Assembly (NCBI RefSeq): GCF_902459465.1
Contig: NC_047082.1
Span: 1,612,001 to 1,676,000, forward strand
Origin: Asterias rubens
Taxonomy: Eukaryota
Direction: 5' to 3'
Length of the DNA stretch: 64,000 bases
Positions 20,722 to 33,149 of this stretch are shown in pieces. Made by a program: the position numbers and the translations under genes. Position 1 is the first letter of the stretch. Every line of letters starts with the position of its first letter. The notes beneath the pieces were generated by a model. It was given only the letters and a program-made list of their open reading frames with translations. It was not told the DNA's origin and made no database searches.

Positions 20722-23700
20722 TACACACCAGCCATTTATCCACAGTGTGGTCCCCAATTTCTATCGCGCTACTTCATCGAGGGTACAGCAGGGAACCAGC
20801 GTAAATGTGCAAAAGTGTCAAAATTCAGCGTCAAAACAACGTGAGGTTGTCTGCACAAGCGGCGTTGAAAAATAAAGGGAATTTCACTTTTTTGGGTGTA
20901 TCAGAAACAACGCAGAGGCTAGAGTGCTGGATTTCAACACAGGAGTGGAGTAGGGAGGTAGGTAGGTAGGTGTAGAGAATGGAATAGGTGTACAACTACG
21001 GTATGCACGAGGTTTACCTGTAGTTTACGCAACTCAAATGTCGACATGGTCGCCGGCCGTGCGGGTCATTCTGGTCTATGCATTTCACATTTCACACATT
21101 GTACACACCATGTTCAGAACCCCAGAGCTGCACAGAGGAGCAGAAGGTTACATTAACATTTAAGGACCAAATTTAATGGGGTAGTACCCCTGCTATTCAG
21201 TTGCCGGTCCATTTTCTCACCAATGCAGTCTTGCTAAAAAAAAAACCGTGTATTTGTGTTAATAAATTATACACAAATTATTTTATTTTTGTCTTCGTCA
21301 TGTTCGTTGATGCAAGGAAGATTCTGGCAGCTAGTGCTAGTGCTAGGGGTAGGCCTTGATTCAAAACAAAACTTCAGGCAATTAACTATTAATATTTTCT
21401 TTAAATAAAAAATAATATTGGACACATTTTTATTAATTAGTATATCAGCGACAGAGGGCTATCTATAATAATTCTTAAAATTTGTTTCTAATTCTACATA
21501 GTTATCGTAGGAGGTCCTGTTTTCGAGGTGTCCCTAAAATCGTGGCAAATCTTTTACCTCTCTGTGCGCGATGTAAACAGTCCCTAGATAAAAAAATTGT
21601 GGTTTTATTTGCCAAGCAAAGAGTCTCCTCTCCCTTGACCACAACTTAGAAACACGTAAGGCTCCACTGGTCATTTGCACTTGTAAATGCAAAAAGTTTG
21701 GTACTTTAGTTAGGCATTTCTACAAGGTACAAAAATGTCATAATGTTGAGGCCATATAAAAATATTTGCCCACCGAAAAAGTTTCATCAAACGCTATTTC
21801 AATTCACAATTCATGATGATCAAAATCATGTGACTCAATGTTTTGCTGAGCATTCTTGAAAAAAAATACCGAGGCTTAAAGAAGCCATGTGCCTTATATC
21901 ATTTTCTAATATTTTTGGAGATTTTTATTTTGTATCTCGTATCAATACTATTATTAATATTAAAATTTAAACATCAGCTTGTTGATTCAATTATCACTGT
22001 TTATTTATACGCTTAATTATAAAAAAAAAAAAAAAAATCAGATTTGGAAGCCAGTAATTATTCACACTTTTTATATTGTTTATATTTTTTTATTTTTTGC
22101 AAGTTTCCATGGTAATTTAAAAAATTTATTATAAAAAAATATTTTGAATAAAATGAAGGCAACTGCTGGCTATACAGTCATACACAGAGTCTCAAAGAAT
22201 ACTTGTAGTCACTGCAGATGTTTCTTCCATGTATGGCTTCACCGGGAAACCATACTTTCTCGTTTGCCTGAAAACAGGAAAAACTCAAAACAAATGGGAC
22301 CAGTTGAAGTCACCGAAGATCGGTGTGTGTTGTGAACATTTCAATGTCCATCAAGTTTTAATACATGTTTGCATACTTAATATTAACAAATGAAGATAAT
22401 TAGGGCATCGGTTGATATGGCATCATTATTTTTTTCCCAATTCAAAGAAAAAGGCATAATAGCGTGAAAACTGGTAAGCAGAGGATATATCACAAATAGA
22501 AAAAATAAAGCGCTTCCATTGTTCCGTCAAATGAGACGGGCAAAACGCAAAGTTTGATAGGGACACATGCGCTAAAAAGGTTCAATAATCCTCTATCCTG
22601 CGACTGTCGGTAGGGTAGAGGGTTACGATTACCGCAACTCATTAATGCGCTAAATTTTTGTGGCCATGTGCCAGTGCTGCAGGGGAAATTCCCAGGTGAA
22701 ACATCAAACCGGAACATGAAATGTTATCACTGCTCGGTTTCTTGCTATGTCTGGCTGCCTAAACCCTGGGCTTGTAGCTCCGATAAGGTGACCTTTCCTG
22801 TAATTTTGTTTACTATTGTGGAAGTCAACACAATTCTTTCCCTTGGCTTGGTGTAATGTTCTTACCTCTCAGGCTTTTGATTATTTGTGGCTTACAAGTT
22901 CTTCTTAGAACAATTCTTGACCATGTTACTACCATGATAAAATTGCATCTAGGCCTACTCTCCCTGATTCTGCAGAGAGTTCCCTGAAAACAAAACAGTC
23001 CTTCACTTTTCTGGTGAGCAAACGTGAATATCTCCCTGGTTATGGAAACTTTGTCCCTATTAAATTTTGAATGCTAAATTCTATTTCTCCCTGGTTGATT
23101 ATTTAGGCTATGTATCCAGATTGTTTCATTATTTATTCATATCTTGACTGAACTTCATTACTCTGTTGATTAGTTTTCTCAATTTCTGTTTTTCCATGTG
23201 TTCTGTGCATGAATGGCCACTATGGTCTGTAAAAGGTTTTAAAAGAAAGCATTTTTATCAACGCTAGTTATTTGATTTGAAGTAAAAACAACTAATTTTG
23301 AATTTGATTTACCCTCAGTCTCAGCGATGAAAATTTCAAAAATGTGTTAACCTTGTTATGATATGTAATTGTTACAATGATGACAGGAAAAGAAAATGAT
23401 AAATTTCCAAACGCACAATCCAGGCAGTTAGGATTTTGTAAGCCAGGAGGAGAACCAACAATAGGCCTATCCCATGGCGGTTAACTCCAAGAGTTCTTAT
23501 GACCCCTGACCTTCTAACAGCTGTTGTACCTTTAGCATTGCTCTCCCAGTAAGCTTTTATCTGGCTTGACATTGATCATATGTTATCTCCAGGACTGTAT
23601 CTCTGTGGGATTCTAGTTTGGTGTTTTTGCTTGATTTGTTTCCCCCTTTGTCTCCTGTGGTTCATTACTTTCTGTTGAGGTATGTAGAGGTGATAGTGAT

Positions 23701-24410
23701 TGATAATATTCAATGACAGATTTGTCAGACTTTTTGAGATAAAATAAAGATCATTTTTCTGTTCACTGTGAAGGTAGAGTTTTTGAAATGCAATGCTTTA
23801 ATAGAAATAAGGCAGAATTATAGAGAAAGTTACAATAAAAGTCACATGTAAAAGTTGCAGCTAAATACAGAGTCTACTTTCTGAGAAATCAGCACAAAAC
23901 TGTAACAGTACTTTCACAGATTGTCAAATCTATCCAGGTTTAGCTGGTATTTTACGCATCTCCGGCTGTAGCATTCGCGAACGGACACCAACCCTCAGAA
24001 ATCAGAGAAACGATTTGTTGATTCATGCATGAATCAGTTCTGAAATTCAAATGTTTTGGGAAAATGAAAGATTAGGGCCTATCAAAACCGTATTACCTCT
24101 AAGGGAACCCGTTCTCAAAATAGTTTACAGCTGTGGTGCTTCTCCCCAAGTAAGTTTTGATGATAATTTATTTTTGGAGTATTTACCAATTGATAACCTT
24201 ACCAGTAAAAGTCCCATTTTCCCTGTCAGTGCCTTCATGTAATTTACCATGCATTTAAGATTCTTGCTAAAAATACCTCTTTTTAGAAACTGCAATAATA
24301 CACGTTTTTGAGAAAAAGACTACAGTCAAGGCACACACACATACATTTTAAGCTGACCTCTCAAACTTGATTTTGGTCACAACTTGAGCCCTCACTCACC
24401 AGGGTTAATT

Positions 24411-24543
24411 CAGGCCTTGAACTACGACCCTAGAGGGGCACATTGATTTTCAGCTGGTGGAAAGGGCACTTCTATGAGAAATATGTAAACTTTGCAAAAA
24501 ACGTGCAGCAATTTGTGGGTGCCATGGGTCAATTCAATGCCTG
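24411..24543. mobile_element. CAGGCC...GCCTG-terminated MITE
   Basis: caggccttgaact ... aattcaatgcctg; same ends as 44286-44456. Confidence 0.5.
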
Positions 24544-24669
24544 TCATTGAAGGGTGTGTTGTAACCAATAAAAAGGATTTTTTTGTTTTTGTTTACCCAC
24601 ATACATCGATGTGTGTCCAGCACTGCACACTCAGTAGGTTACCCACCGGAGTTTTGTGAAAACAATCCC

Positions 24670-24785
24670 AGGCATATTACTCAGGTGAGATTCGAACCCA
24701 CGACCCCTACAACCCTAGAGCAGTGTCATATAAATAACTAGACCACCGAGACTGCCCGGTGGCCAAAGGCAGTTCGAATCCAATA
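24670..24785 (-). repeat. tRNA-like SINE fragment, family C
   Basis: gagattcgaacccacgacc...ctagaccaccgag; related B-box heads at about 17745, 53335 and 54590. Confidence 0.5.
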
Positions 24786-25719
24786 AAAAGGTGTTATAAA
24801 TAGAGCCGATTTAATCTGCCCTGCCAGTCCTTAAAATTGCGCCACGTTACCATTGTTCTAACCTTGGAGTGAATTCCTCCCTCCAAACTGAAATCTCTTG
24901 TTAAATTGATTCTGGCTTTGAAACAATTTTTCTTGTCTGGTTAAATTTTTGAGCTACAAGCCCTGAAATCTTGTGGATTTTCCAAAAAATCAAGCCCTGA
25001 AATATTAACAGCTTGTAGCATATTTTTTCCTTAAATGTTGTTCTTTTTTTAAAAAAATGATGTTATAAATTGTAAAGTCTAAAAACTTGAGGTTTGGAAT
25101 GATTTCACTTCGGCCAGACTAAAATGGAGTACAATCAATCTTCCTGTCTTTAATATCAACGTGAATACAACAAAAGTCAGACACATAGAACCAGATACAT
25201 GAAGGAGCCTTCGCCTGGATATTACACTTGTAGACAATCATACCTGGTGTTATTACTTCAAGCCCCATGGCCTATTTACTGACATATATGTATATTTAGA
25301 CCAGGTGGAATGAGGGTGAAGTGTTGATTGAAGACTGGTAACCTCAACTGACCCAACTCTAACTGTCTTGTGTTATCAAATTATTGTCTCCTTGTGTAAA
25401 TGTTTATATGGCTTATGTTGGGAGTTGAGTCTTCTTGTTGGGGGCATATGGCGCACCTGTCCTGAGTAAGTACAGTCATGTTACTTATTATCCCAAGATG
25501 TCATTGGCGGATGTTGATTTGAACGTGGAACACGCCTGTCTGGGATATAGGGTACTACCATGTACACCCTTACTTTGTTGTTGTTGTTATGTTTTGTTGT
25601 TGTTTATGCGTGAGATTTTTCAAAGCTCACCAAATGCGTGAGTCTCACGCCTAATGCGTGAGACTTGGTAGGTCTGGACTACTTATTTAACAGCATAATT
25701 ATCGCAAATAAAAATATTA

Positions 25720-25895
25720 ATAGGAAACAAGAAGAAATGTTCAGTTTTAGATGTTGGAGGCAAACCCCCCCATGGGGAAAAATCCATGCAGTCGAGAAGG
25801 GACTGAAAAACAAATCTAGATGCAAGGCTCTGGGCTGAGGTGGGATTGGAACCGGGGCCCACAGAGGTGAAAGGCAGGGAAAGAAACCACTGAGT
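25720..25895 (-). repeat. SINE family B copy
   Basis: ggaaacaagaagaaatgttcagtttt...gggattggaaccggggccc...gaaaggcagggaaagaaaccac. Confidence 0.7.
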
Positions 25896-25929
25896 CATAC
25901 TGCTTTCCATTGTTCAGTAGGATGTGGCG

Positions 25930-26035
25930 TGTGGTGGCTAAGCGATCTAGTGCAGCGGACTCAAGTTCTGGTGGTTCAGTTATCAGGATGTGGGTTCGAA
26001 TCCCAGTCGTGACACTTGTGTCTTTTAACCAAGAT
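25930..26035 (+). repeat. SINE family A copy
   Basis: tggctaagcga A-box-like, ggttcgaatcc B box, then gtcgtgacacttgtgtc. Confidence 0.75.
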
Positions 26036-28380
26036 AATCGTTTCTCTTTACCCAGGGGTAAATACATGTATGTACGTACCTGTTAGGGCAGAGATGGTTC
26101 TTGTGATTGATTTAACTTGACAGACTTTACATGCCTGATTTTTCCCAAGAGTCAAGGGCACCTTAATGAGGAATTTGTTAGTTTCAAGGGGCATTGAGGA
26201 AATGACCAAAGGCATTGGAGGCAGTTGCCTCCTTCATGATTAAGCCTGACTGTTTTTTACGGGAATTAAATTTGGTTTTATTTTCACACGTTGGTTGTTT
26301 GACATATTAATAATAGTACAGGACACAATTGACTCTTCCAAGAAAAAACTATAGCTTCCCTTTAATTCATCGGTACTCTAATCTGTTTTGTTTCCCGAAG
26401 ATTTTATAAAGGATAGCTAGGGCCCCACAGGTAGACCTATTTCCCACGGCAGGCAATAAATATGTCATCACAAGACATTCATTCAAGCTAAATACCCATA
26501 AAATTAGTTCACTCCATTACCTGAAGGAAATCATCAATTTGTTCAGATTAAGTCCCTGTGTCGAACTTGTTCCAATATATGATAGTTTCCTATGAACTGA
26601 ATCAGATTTCCGTCTCAAATTAAGGGGGGCTGAACCGGGGTTGGATAACATTTCCTGCTGTTAATTGGTTTGAATTGGTGGGAGGTTGATTCCTTGATAA
26701 GAAGTGGCGCCCTTTCTTTCCCCCTCTTCAATCAACCCCAGCCGTCCCCTTTTCAAGGGATGTCAACTATTGACCTGTGACTGTATGTATGTAACTCTAA
26801 ATACCCCAAATTAGTGAGGGAAAATGTTTGATTTATTGTGGTTTTTATTAAAATAAAGTTTAGGGGGAATAACATTTTCAAATAGTTTTATTTGAGTAAT
26901 GCTGTGCATTTTGCAGTTTCAGTCAGAGAATGCTTTGGTTTGACAGTTCCCTCTCCGCATGAAATCATCATTGATAGTAAAATAATAAATGTGGATAGGT
27001 AGGCCTATATAGCCGATTGATGTACTTCCTGTTGATCCTTAAAATACCTCCTCTAGACCAAGGGAAGATTAGTGGCTACCCCTCTCCAAGTCCAAGACCA
27101 AGGGGGGACCCAGATACACTACCCAGTTCTTTATTCATTCAGATTTTGAGAACCTGTGATTTCTCTTCATACTTTCCTCCTGGTCTTGAGGACGGCCGCC
27201 CTTGAACCCCTGAGGTTTCTTCTTCTAGACCAAGGCAAGACCAGAGCACTCAAACTCTGCTTTTAAAGTGGTTTTTCATGCAGTCACACACATTATCTCA
27301 ACTCAATACCACAAAGTGATTCAACTTGACTCAAACCTGTAAAGTGACTCATCTGTCGTTAAAGAGATTACAAGTTGGTGTCAATCTTCAAAAGGGACTG
27401 CGGCTATGGCTGGATCATTGCATCATCATGCGTTAAAGTATGGGTCGTCCATAGCAACACCTCCCATCAACAGCCAGAGCCGTAGCCACAAATTCGAATA
27501 CAGCTTAATCACACAAATTTCCAAATAATTTAGATTTTACATGTAGGCTTAGATCCACAAGACCACGGGGCTTGTTTATGTAGCTCAAACTGTTGACTGG
27601 ACCCAGAATTGTTTGTATCTAGAATAGAAATGTACAAAAATAACTGAGTCCTTACTAACGTATTCATAAAGTTTGATCTCATCCGTCTTTTGAGGCATAT
27701 CAAGTATTACTCAATAGAATTTAGAAGGTATTTTTAAGACTCAATGTCAACATTGCAAGATTCTTCACAGTGAGGTATTTGTTATTCAATTGATATTTAT
27801 TGAAAATCACAAGACCGCTGGACTTGTCCTGTCAGTGTCATAAGTCTACTTGCCCAACACTGAACCACTGGCCTTGGGTGTAAAATTTGAGCCCTTGCAA
27901 CCATTCTAAAAAGGTTGCTCACATTGCGCTACAAATGTTTGAGCAAACTAATGTATCAGAAGGTTCACTTCATGTAGGTCACCAAATGTGCTTGAGAAAT
28001 AGTTCCACTGGCTGAAATTCCAACGAATTTTCAGACGTGTCTGTACCGTAACTCCTGCTTTGAATTAAATGCGAGCCCCGCGTTCATTTCACGGCAGCAG
28101 GTCGCATTTGTCTTCAAACAAAACGGACAACAAACAGTGTGTGAAGCGAGACAAAGAATTGGTGTATTTGCACATAAAGGTCCCTGAAGAATGATGACTC
28201 AATGCAGATCTATATAGTCAATAGACTAACACTTGATCATCCCTGCGCCTTGGGACCCTCTACGCAATGAGAGAGGCAAGATTAGAATTCCGTCTCTCGT
28301 CAAGAAGCCCTCATAATATGGTCGACTCAATTGTGCAAATTAGCATCCCCTACCACGGGTCTGCTGCCGCCGAGTTAGTC

Positions 28381-28390
28381 CTATATATAG
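28381..28390. promoter_or_regulatory. palindromic TATA-like box in a locally CpG-richer patch
   Basis: CTATATATAG; TGACTCA (AP-1-like) at about 28195; + donor acag/gtagta at 28615. Confidence 0.25.
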
Positions 28391-29164
28391 AGGCAAAAGG
28401 TGTTGGAAAACAAAAACAAAGGGTAGATTGCTTGACCCTCGAAATTAAATGTCACACGCTCATGTATTTTAAAGAAAAAAGAGTAAACCGTCTCCAAAGG
28501 AAAATATTCAAGAAATTTGCAATCGTGGAATTGTCTTGATTGGCAAGTGTTAAAGGGGCGACTGCCATCTGCTTTCCCGTTAAATGTGTGTGTAGCTAAG
28601 AGCGTGATGAACAGGTAGTATTTGATATGAAACTTAGTAAAAAGGGACCCGCTTGTACATGTAAATTGTTTTACATAAATTTTGAAACACAAAATAAATA
28701 TGAAAACAAAATTATTTAAATCCAAAATTTTCCTTTAAAAGAAAGACTTGATATCATTGCAAAGTTTTGTGAGAAGATAGTCCAGAGTTACTTGGTTCCT
28801 TTACAATTTATATCCAAGTTCAAAATAAGCATTTTTATAAACATATGATTTTCAAAAATTTCATATTTCATATGGTTTCATAAAAGTGATACATTTTTTA
28901 ACATGTGATGGTAGACAAAATGCTATTCATGTATACGAAAGTGTGCACTTTGTGTTAAAGTAAAAGTTAGATCACGTATTGAATATATAGAATCCAATTA
29001 GATATATTGTACACCTGTTTATTGTATCGAAAACAAGTACATGTACATGTACTACTGATAACCTCTGATCTAGTGTTAAAGGGATTGTATGCTGTATGCA
29101 TATAATTGGGTCTCAGAATTCATAACTTCATATATAATGATTTAAGGCATTGCATGGTGAGGTC

Positions 29165-30000
29165 TCAGTATTGTATATTTGGTTTGTGGTAACACAATGT
29201 GTGTTGATCTAATTGTCAGGTAGAGTTTGTTCTTAGAGAACCGTCTTTCTTTATTCTACTACCGCGGAGTAGATTTATCGGATGTTCGGGAGACTTCTCA
29301 GTTGTGAAAAGAACTGTCCTGCTTTTTAACTACTACCCGGACGGAAGGTATAGAAAATTGGCTGGGACTTCTACTTTAGCTTAGAGGATCAAACATAACT
29401 GTACTACCGAGGAGTCAGTTCTTGACTTGGTCTCAACGTTTCGACTAGCTTGCTCTGTAGTCATCATTAGGAGACTGAAGATATGATAAGAAAGAAGTGT
29501 GCTTATAGGGGTTCAAAGGATCCAGTGTGAGTCAAACAGAGCTCTGATTGGTTCTGTGGTTGGCGGGCTCAGGGCTATTGTTAGGGTTGCCCATTGTTTG
29601 AGAAACCCCCCTTGGGTGTAGTGAGGTGTGTCAGTAGACTGGGGGTTGTTAGAGGAGGAGGGTGGTAGGAGAGTATGACAAATACTGCTGATGAAATAAC
29701 TGATATCTTGTGGCACACACCTTGTATACCAATGTCTCTCAGGTGCTATGATTTGAGCCTGATCCCAATCTATCGCATGGTCTAAATCGGTGGAGTGTTT
29801 GACAACGGCTTGTCTTTATGGGTGTATAGCTTCGTTTCCAACTTATTGCGAGTTTGGTGTAGACATTGATTTCCGCTTTACGGAGGATCCGTTGAATTTT
29901 ACGTGAGGTATGACCAATGTTTGGAAGGACCGTAATGGGCAAATCTTTGGATTGTGCAGACTGCGAGTTGTGTTTAGAAAGGGACTCTCGTTTGTTTGGG
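29165..30000 (-). mobile_element. decayed Penelope-like retroelement (PLE) 3' part with terminal repeat region
   Basis: minus-strand frameshifted peptides ITVLPNIGHTSRKIQRILRKAEINVY, NKLETKLYTHKDK and DHAIDWDQAQIIAPERHWYTR match the PLE RT-to-GIY-YIG linker and endonuclease C-terminus; HHR-like motif downstream on the same strand. Confidence 0.8.
29430..29475 (-). ncRNA. minimal type I hammerhead-ribozyme-like motif, variant core
   Basis: GTCTC-CTAATGA-T-GACTA(CA)G-AGCAAG-CTAGTC-GAAA-CG-TT-GAGAC. Confidence 0.55.
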
Positions 30001-30874
30001 TTATACCAGTTCTCGGGTTTAGACAGGCTCTCTTTGAGAATTCGTACCTTTCTGTAAAAGTGTATACTAAGCGCCTTGATAATTGCAATCCATTGTTTGT
30101 TACAATCTATACAGTAGTTGTAAGAAATCCCATAAAACTAACCTGTGAAAATTTCATTTCAAAAGGTAGAAGCGTGTTTGAGATATTGCCGAAAATCTGG
30201 AGGGATTTCATGCAAGAAGTCATGCAAGAATAATCTGCAATTTGAAGACACTATTTGAGAAGCGTTACTGCAGAAGTGCTTCTCTGATTAATTTTGTTTG
30301 CGGATAAGAAGTAATATCTTTTCCCATAGCCGCAGTACTCCAAATTGAAAAGTAACTCAAAATGCAATCCAAAGTTGTGGTACTTCTTACCAAGTAAGTT
30401 TTTATTGCCATTAATTTTCAGAGTAATTGCCAATTGTCTCGAGACCCTTTAAAACAAGAGAACCTTATCCAGATAAGACGTGGAAGAACCATTTTCCGGT
30501 ATTGTCAGAGTTCTAATGGGAGCGAAGCTTGAACTGATAGTGTGGCAATAGCCTAAGCTGTTGCTCGTTAGATATTATTGGGGAGAGTAGATTTCCCACA
30601 CTCAGTGCAACCTCCCAAAATGCTCTGTTTCGGTGGGTTCCAAATTTTGCAGTTTAATGGTCGCTGGTGTCGGAATGTGCAAAAGACTTAGACTGTGTCT
30701 AAGAGATAGGTTTCTTTTAAAGGATTGTAAAGGATTTGTTAATGACTTCTTTTCTTTTCTTTTTTAAGAAGAATGACAAAATTAATTTAAAGTGATTTTT
30801 TTATCCTTGATTATTATTCTGATTGTGAATTCAGTAAACTTTACATTGTTTTTTTTCTTCTTCTGTGTTTGCAG

Positions 30875-30926
30875 TGTTTAATTGGTGTGCCAAGTAATTT
30901 AGTGCCAGTTCTGCATTGGTGTGAAG
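30875..30926 (+). other. candidate 52-bp exon, probably 5' UTR
   Basis: strong acceptor tttttcttcttctgtgtttgcag and donor GAAG/gtaaga. Confidence 0.4.
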
Positions 30927-31200
30927 GTAAGAAAACTTAGGATTATTTTTTCCACAAATCTTCTCCCATGGGTTCTTGCTTTCTTGTCCATTTTAGTCCT
31001 GCCTCGCTCCTCATTGGACCCTGGTTCAGATCCCACCTCATACCAGAGTCTCTCATGCAGAATGGATATTAGTTCCTGACCTTGGTATTTCACATTTACT
31101 TTGTCATCTTCTCTTGCTTTTGAAGATTCATAAGATTCATTCACAGACCTGCTATGAATTAGAAGCAAAAATTATGTCTTTTGAATAAAAGCTATTTGCA

Positions 31201-31290
31201 TTGTATGGCAATGAACCAAAACTATCAACTGAAATACAACAGCGTCGGCTGAGACTAGCAGGGCACTCATACGATAAACATCAAAGAACC
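31201..31290 (+). mobile_element. RTE-like non-LTR retrotransposon fragment
   Basis: LYGNEPKLSTEIQQRRLRLAGH resembles the RRLR-x-GH motif at RTE-clade RT C-termini. Confidence 0.4.
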
Positions 31291-31297
31291 TGTCTTT

Positions 31298-31414
31298 CAA
31301 CTCATCACCTGATCACCAAAATGAAAAATAGGGGAACAACTTATCACCTGGTCACCAAAATGAAAAATAGGGGAACAACTGATCACCTGGTCACCAAAAT
31401 CAAAGATAGGGGAA
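31298..31414 (+). repeat. 39-bp tandem repeat x3
   Basis: caact(c/t/g)atcacctggtcaccaaaatgaaaaataggggaa units start at 31298, 31337 and 31376. Confidence 0.9.
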
Positions 31415-32648
31415 ACAAAAGCTCAGCTGTGCAGACTGACAAATGTAGTTGCCAGAGACATCAGGGAGCTTCCAATTGATCTCCCCAACTAAATGAGGGA
31501 TAGACAAGAATGGGCAAATCTCAACATGATTCTGACCTCTATCAATTAGAGAGAGAGAGAGGGAGAGAGACTTGACATGGGAATCAAGGTCCATCATTAG
31601 TTGGTTTTACCACCTGACCGCCCTCTTAAGCTAAAAAATGTCATGCACAATGAGTTTTAATTGCCTTTACAGCACAAAAACCTGGTAATTTGATTCTAAA
31701 CAAAATGAAATTGATTTTATGTCATGTTATCGGAATAGAGAGAACAAAATTTTCCCCAACACAGATATTCAACTCTCTTTTCATTCTTCTTTAATCGTTT
31801 CCGAATAAGGTTCCAGAGAGATTCTGTTACTAAATCCACCCATCTATTTCTGGTAGCAGTGGAAAGCCTTACACCCAGCTTCTCGCACACCTCTGATTGC
31901 GATATTGGAACTTCGCGTTAACTGGTGAAACCAACACTCAACGACTTGTCTGAAGTATCCTCGTTAAAGATCTGACGTAAGTGATGACTTTCATTAAACG
32001 TCGCTACCGACTATGAAACAGGTGGCTGAGTGTGTCGCCACAGAAGCCTTGTGTTTCCACAATAAATACGAGCAAGACATTTAATTTAAATCTTGGTCTG
32101 TGCGTGTATGTGTGTGTATGTGACAACCCTCAGTTATTGAATGGTGGTTTGGCGACGCTGGTCAGACACAAGTGTCGTGAATTACTATATCGAGACTGTG
32201 CGTAACCCTCCAGTCAGAAAAGTGCTCTCGATATACTGAAACGAGTTTAACTCATCTTTGAGTGTCAGCGAGTTCATTCGCTACATCTGTTATGAATTTA
32301 TACCTGGAATTGGTCTTCATTGGAAGCAATTTCTTCAGATGAAGCGACACGTGGGATTTACATTTACAACTAGAGTGTTTAAATTTAAGTTTTAACTAAA
32401 TTCATTGTACTGAATTCTCTGTTTGACGTTCCAGAACTCTGTTTTGAAGCTTGCAAGGATTTTTTTTGCGGGGGACTTTGATCAATGCTGGAGTTTTCCC
32501 AGATGCTGTGGATGGTGACTGATGACAAGGTGTGCACAAGACAAGCTTGATACCAGAAATTGACTGATGGTCGCTGTAAAATATACAGATGATGTCATGA
32601 CTCGAGTTCATGTGATGCTATTGTTTCAACTACGTGTTTAAGGAGACA

Positions 32649-32693
32649 ATGGAAAGCACCAAGATGCCTTCTTGCGATGATTCTAAGCAGCCG
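32649..32693 (+). CDS. candidate first coding exon of an unidentified gene (MESTKMPSCDDSKQP)
   Basis: Kozak-like acaATGG, upstream in-frame stop, donor CCG/gtgagt, acceptor ttctctgtttgacgttccag at 32434; no downstream exon identified. Confidence 0.4.
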
Positions 32694-33001
32694 GTGAGTC
32701 CAATCTCCATTTTGTTGTCTTTTCTTTTTCAGCTAAGTTGATGTCGTCACATTCCAGCAATGTCTTTTGATTTGAATGCATTTTAGAAAGACCCAGCCAT
32801 TATGTACTGCAGTTTTCTCATTTAGACATTAACTTGTACAAAGTCAAGCCGGATTCTAATCTCAGGGTTTTTAAACTCAACTTTAAGAGTAGTTGTTGTA
32901 TAAGTTATTTCTCCAAAGGTACATTTCTTTGATGTCTGCATGGGGCAAGTCTGACTCTGTTTTTCTTGTTTGTAGCCTCTTGTTGTTGCATCGTTGCCTT
33001 C

Positions 33002-33149
33002 AATGGGAGACTTTCTGGGACGATAGAGGGCAGCAGACTTACCGGGTAAATCCATTGTTCTCAGAATTATGCGCATGTTCAGAACTACGTAAACAATGGA
33101 AATTTACCCGGTATGTCTGCTGCCGCCTAGCGTTGGAAAGTCTCCTATT
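33002..33149. mobile_element. near-fully palindromic MITE with AT-flanked termini
   Basis: aATgggagactttc...ggcagcagacttaccgggtaaatccattgtt mirrored by aacaatggaaatttacccggtatgtctgctgcc...gaaagtctcctATt. Confidence 0.85.

Noticed and set aside
24204-24268. Minus-strand exon candidate (MHGKLHEGTDRENGTFT)
   Set aside because: Overlaps the end of a dispersed AT-rich repeat (about 24050-24240), so the splice-like signals are probably repeat-derived.
31298-31414. CRISPR-like periodicity
   Set aside because: Contiguous tandem units with no unique spacers, in a eukaryotic context.
33037-33045. Strong minus-strand donor gtaagt
   Set aside because: Part of the TIR of the 33002-33149 MITE.
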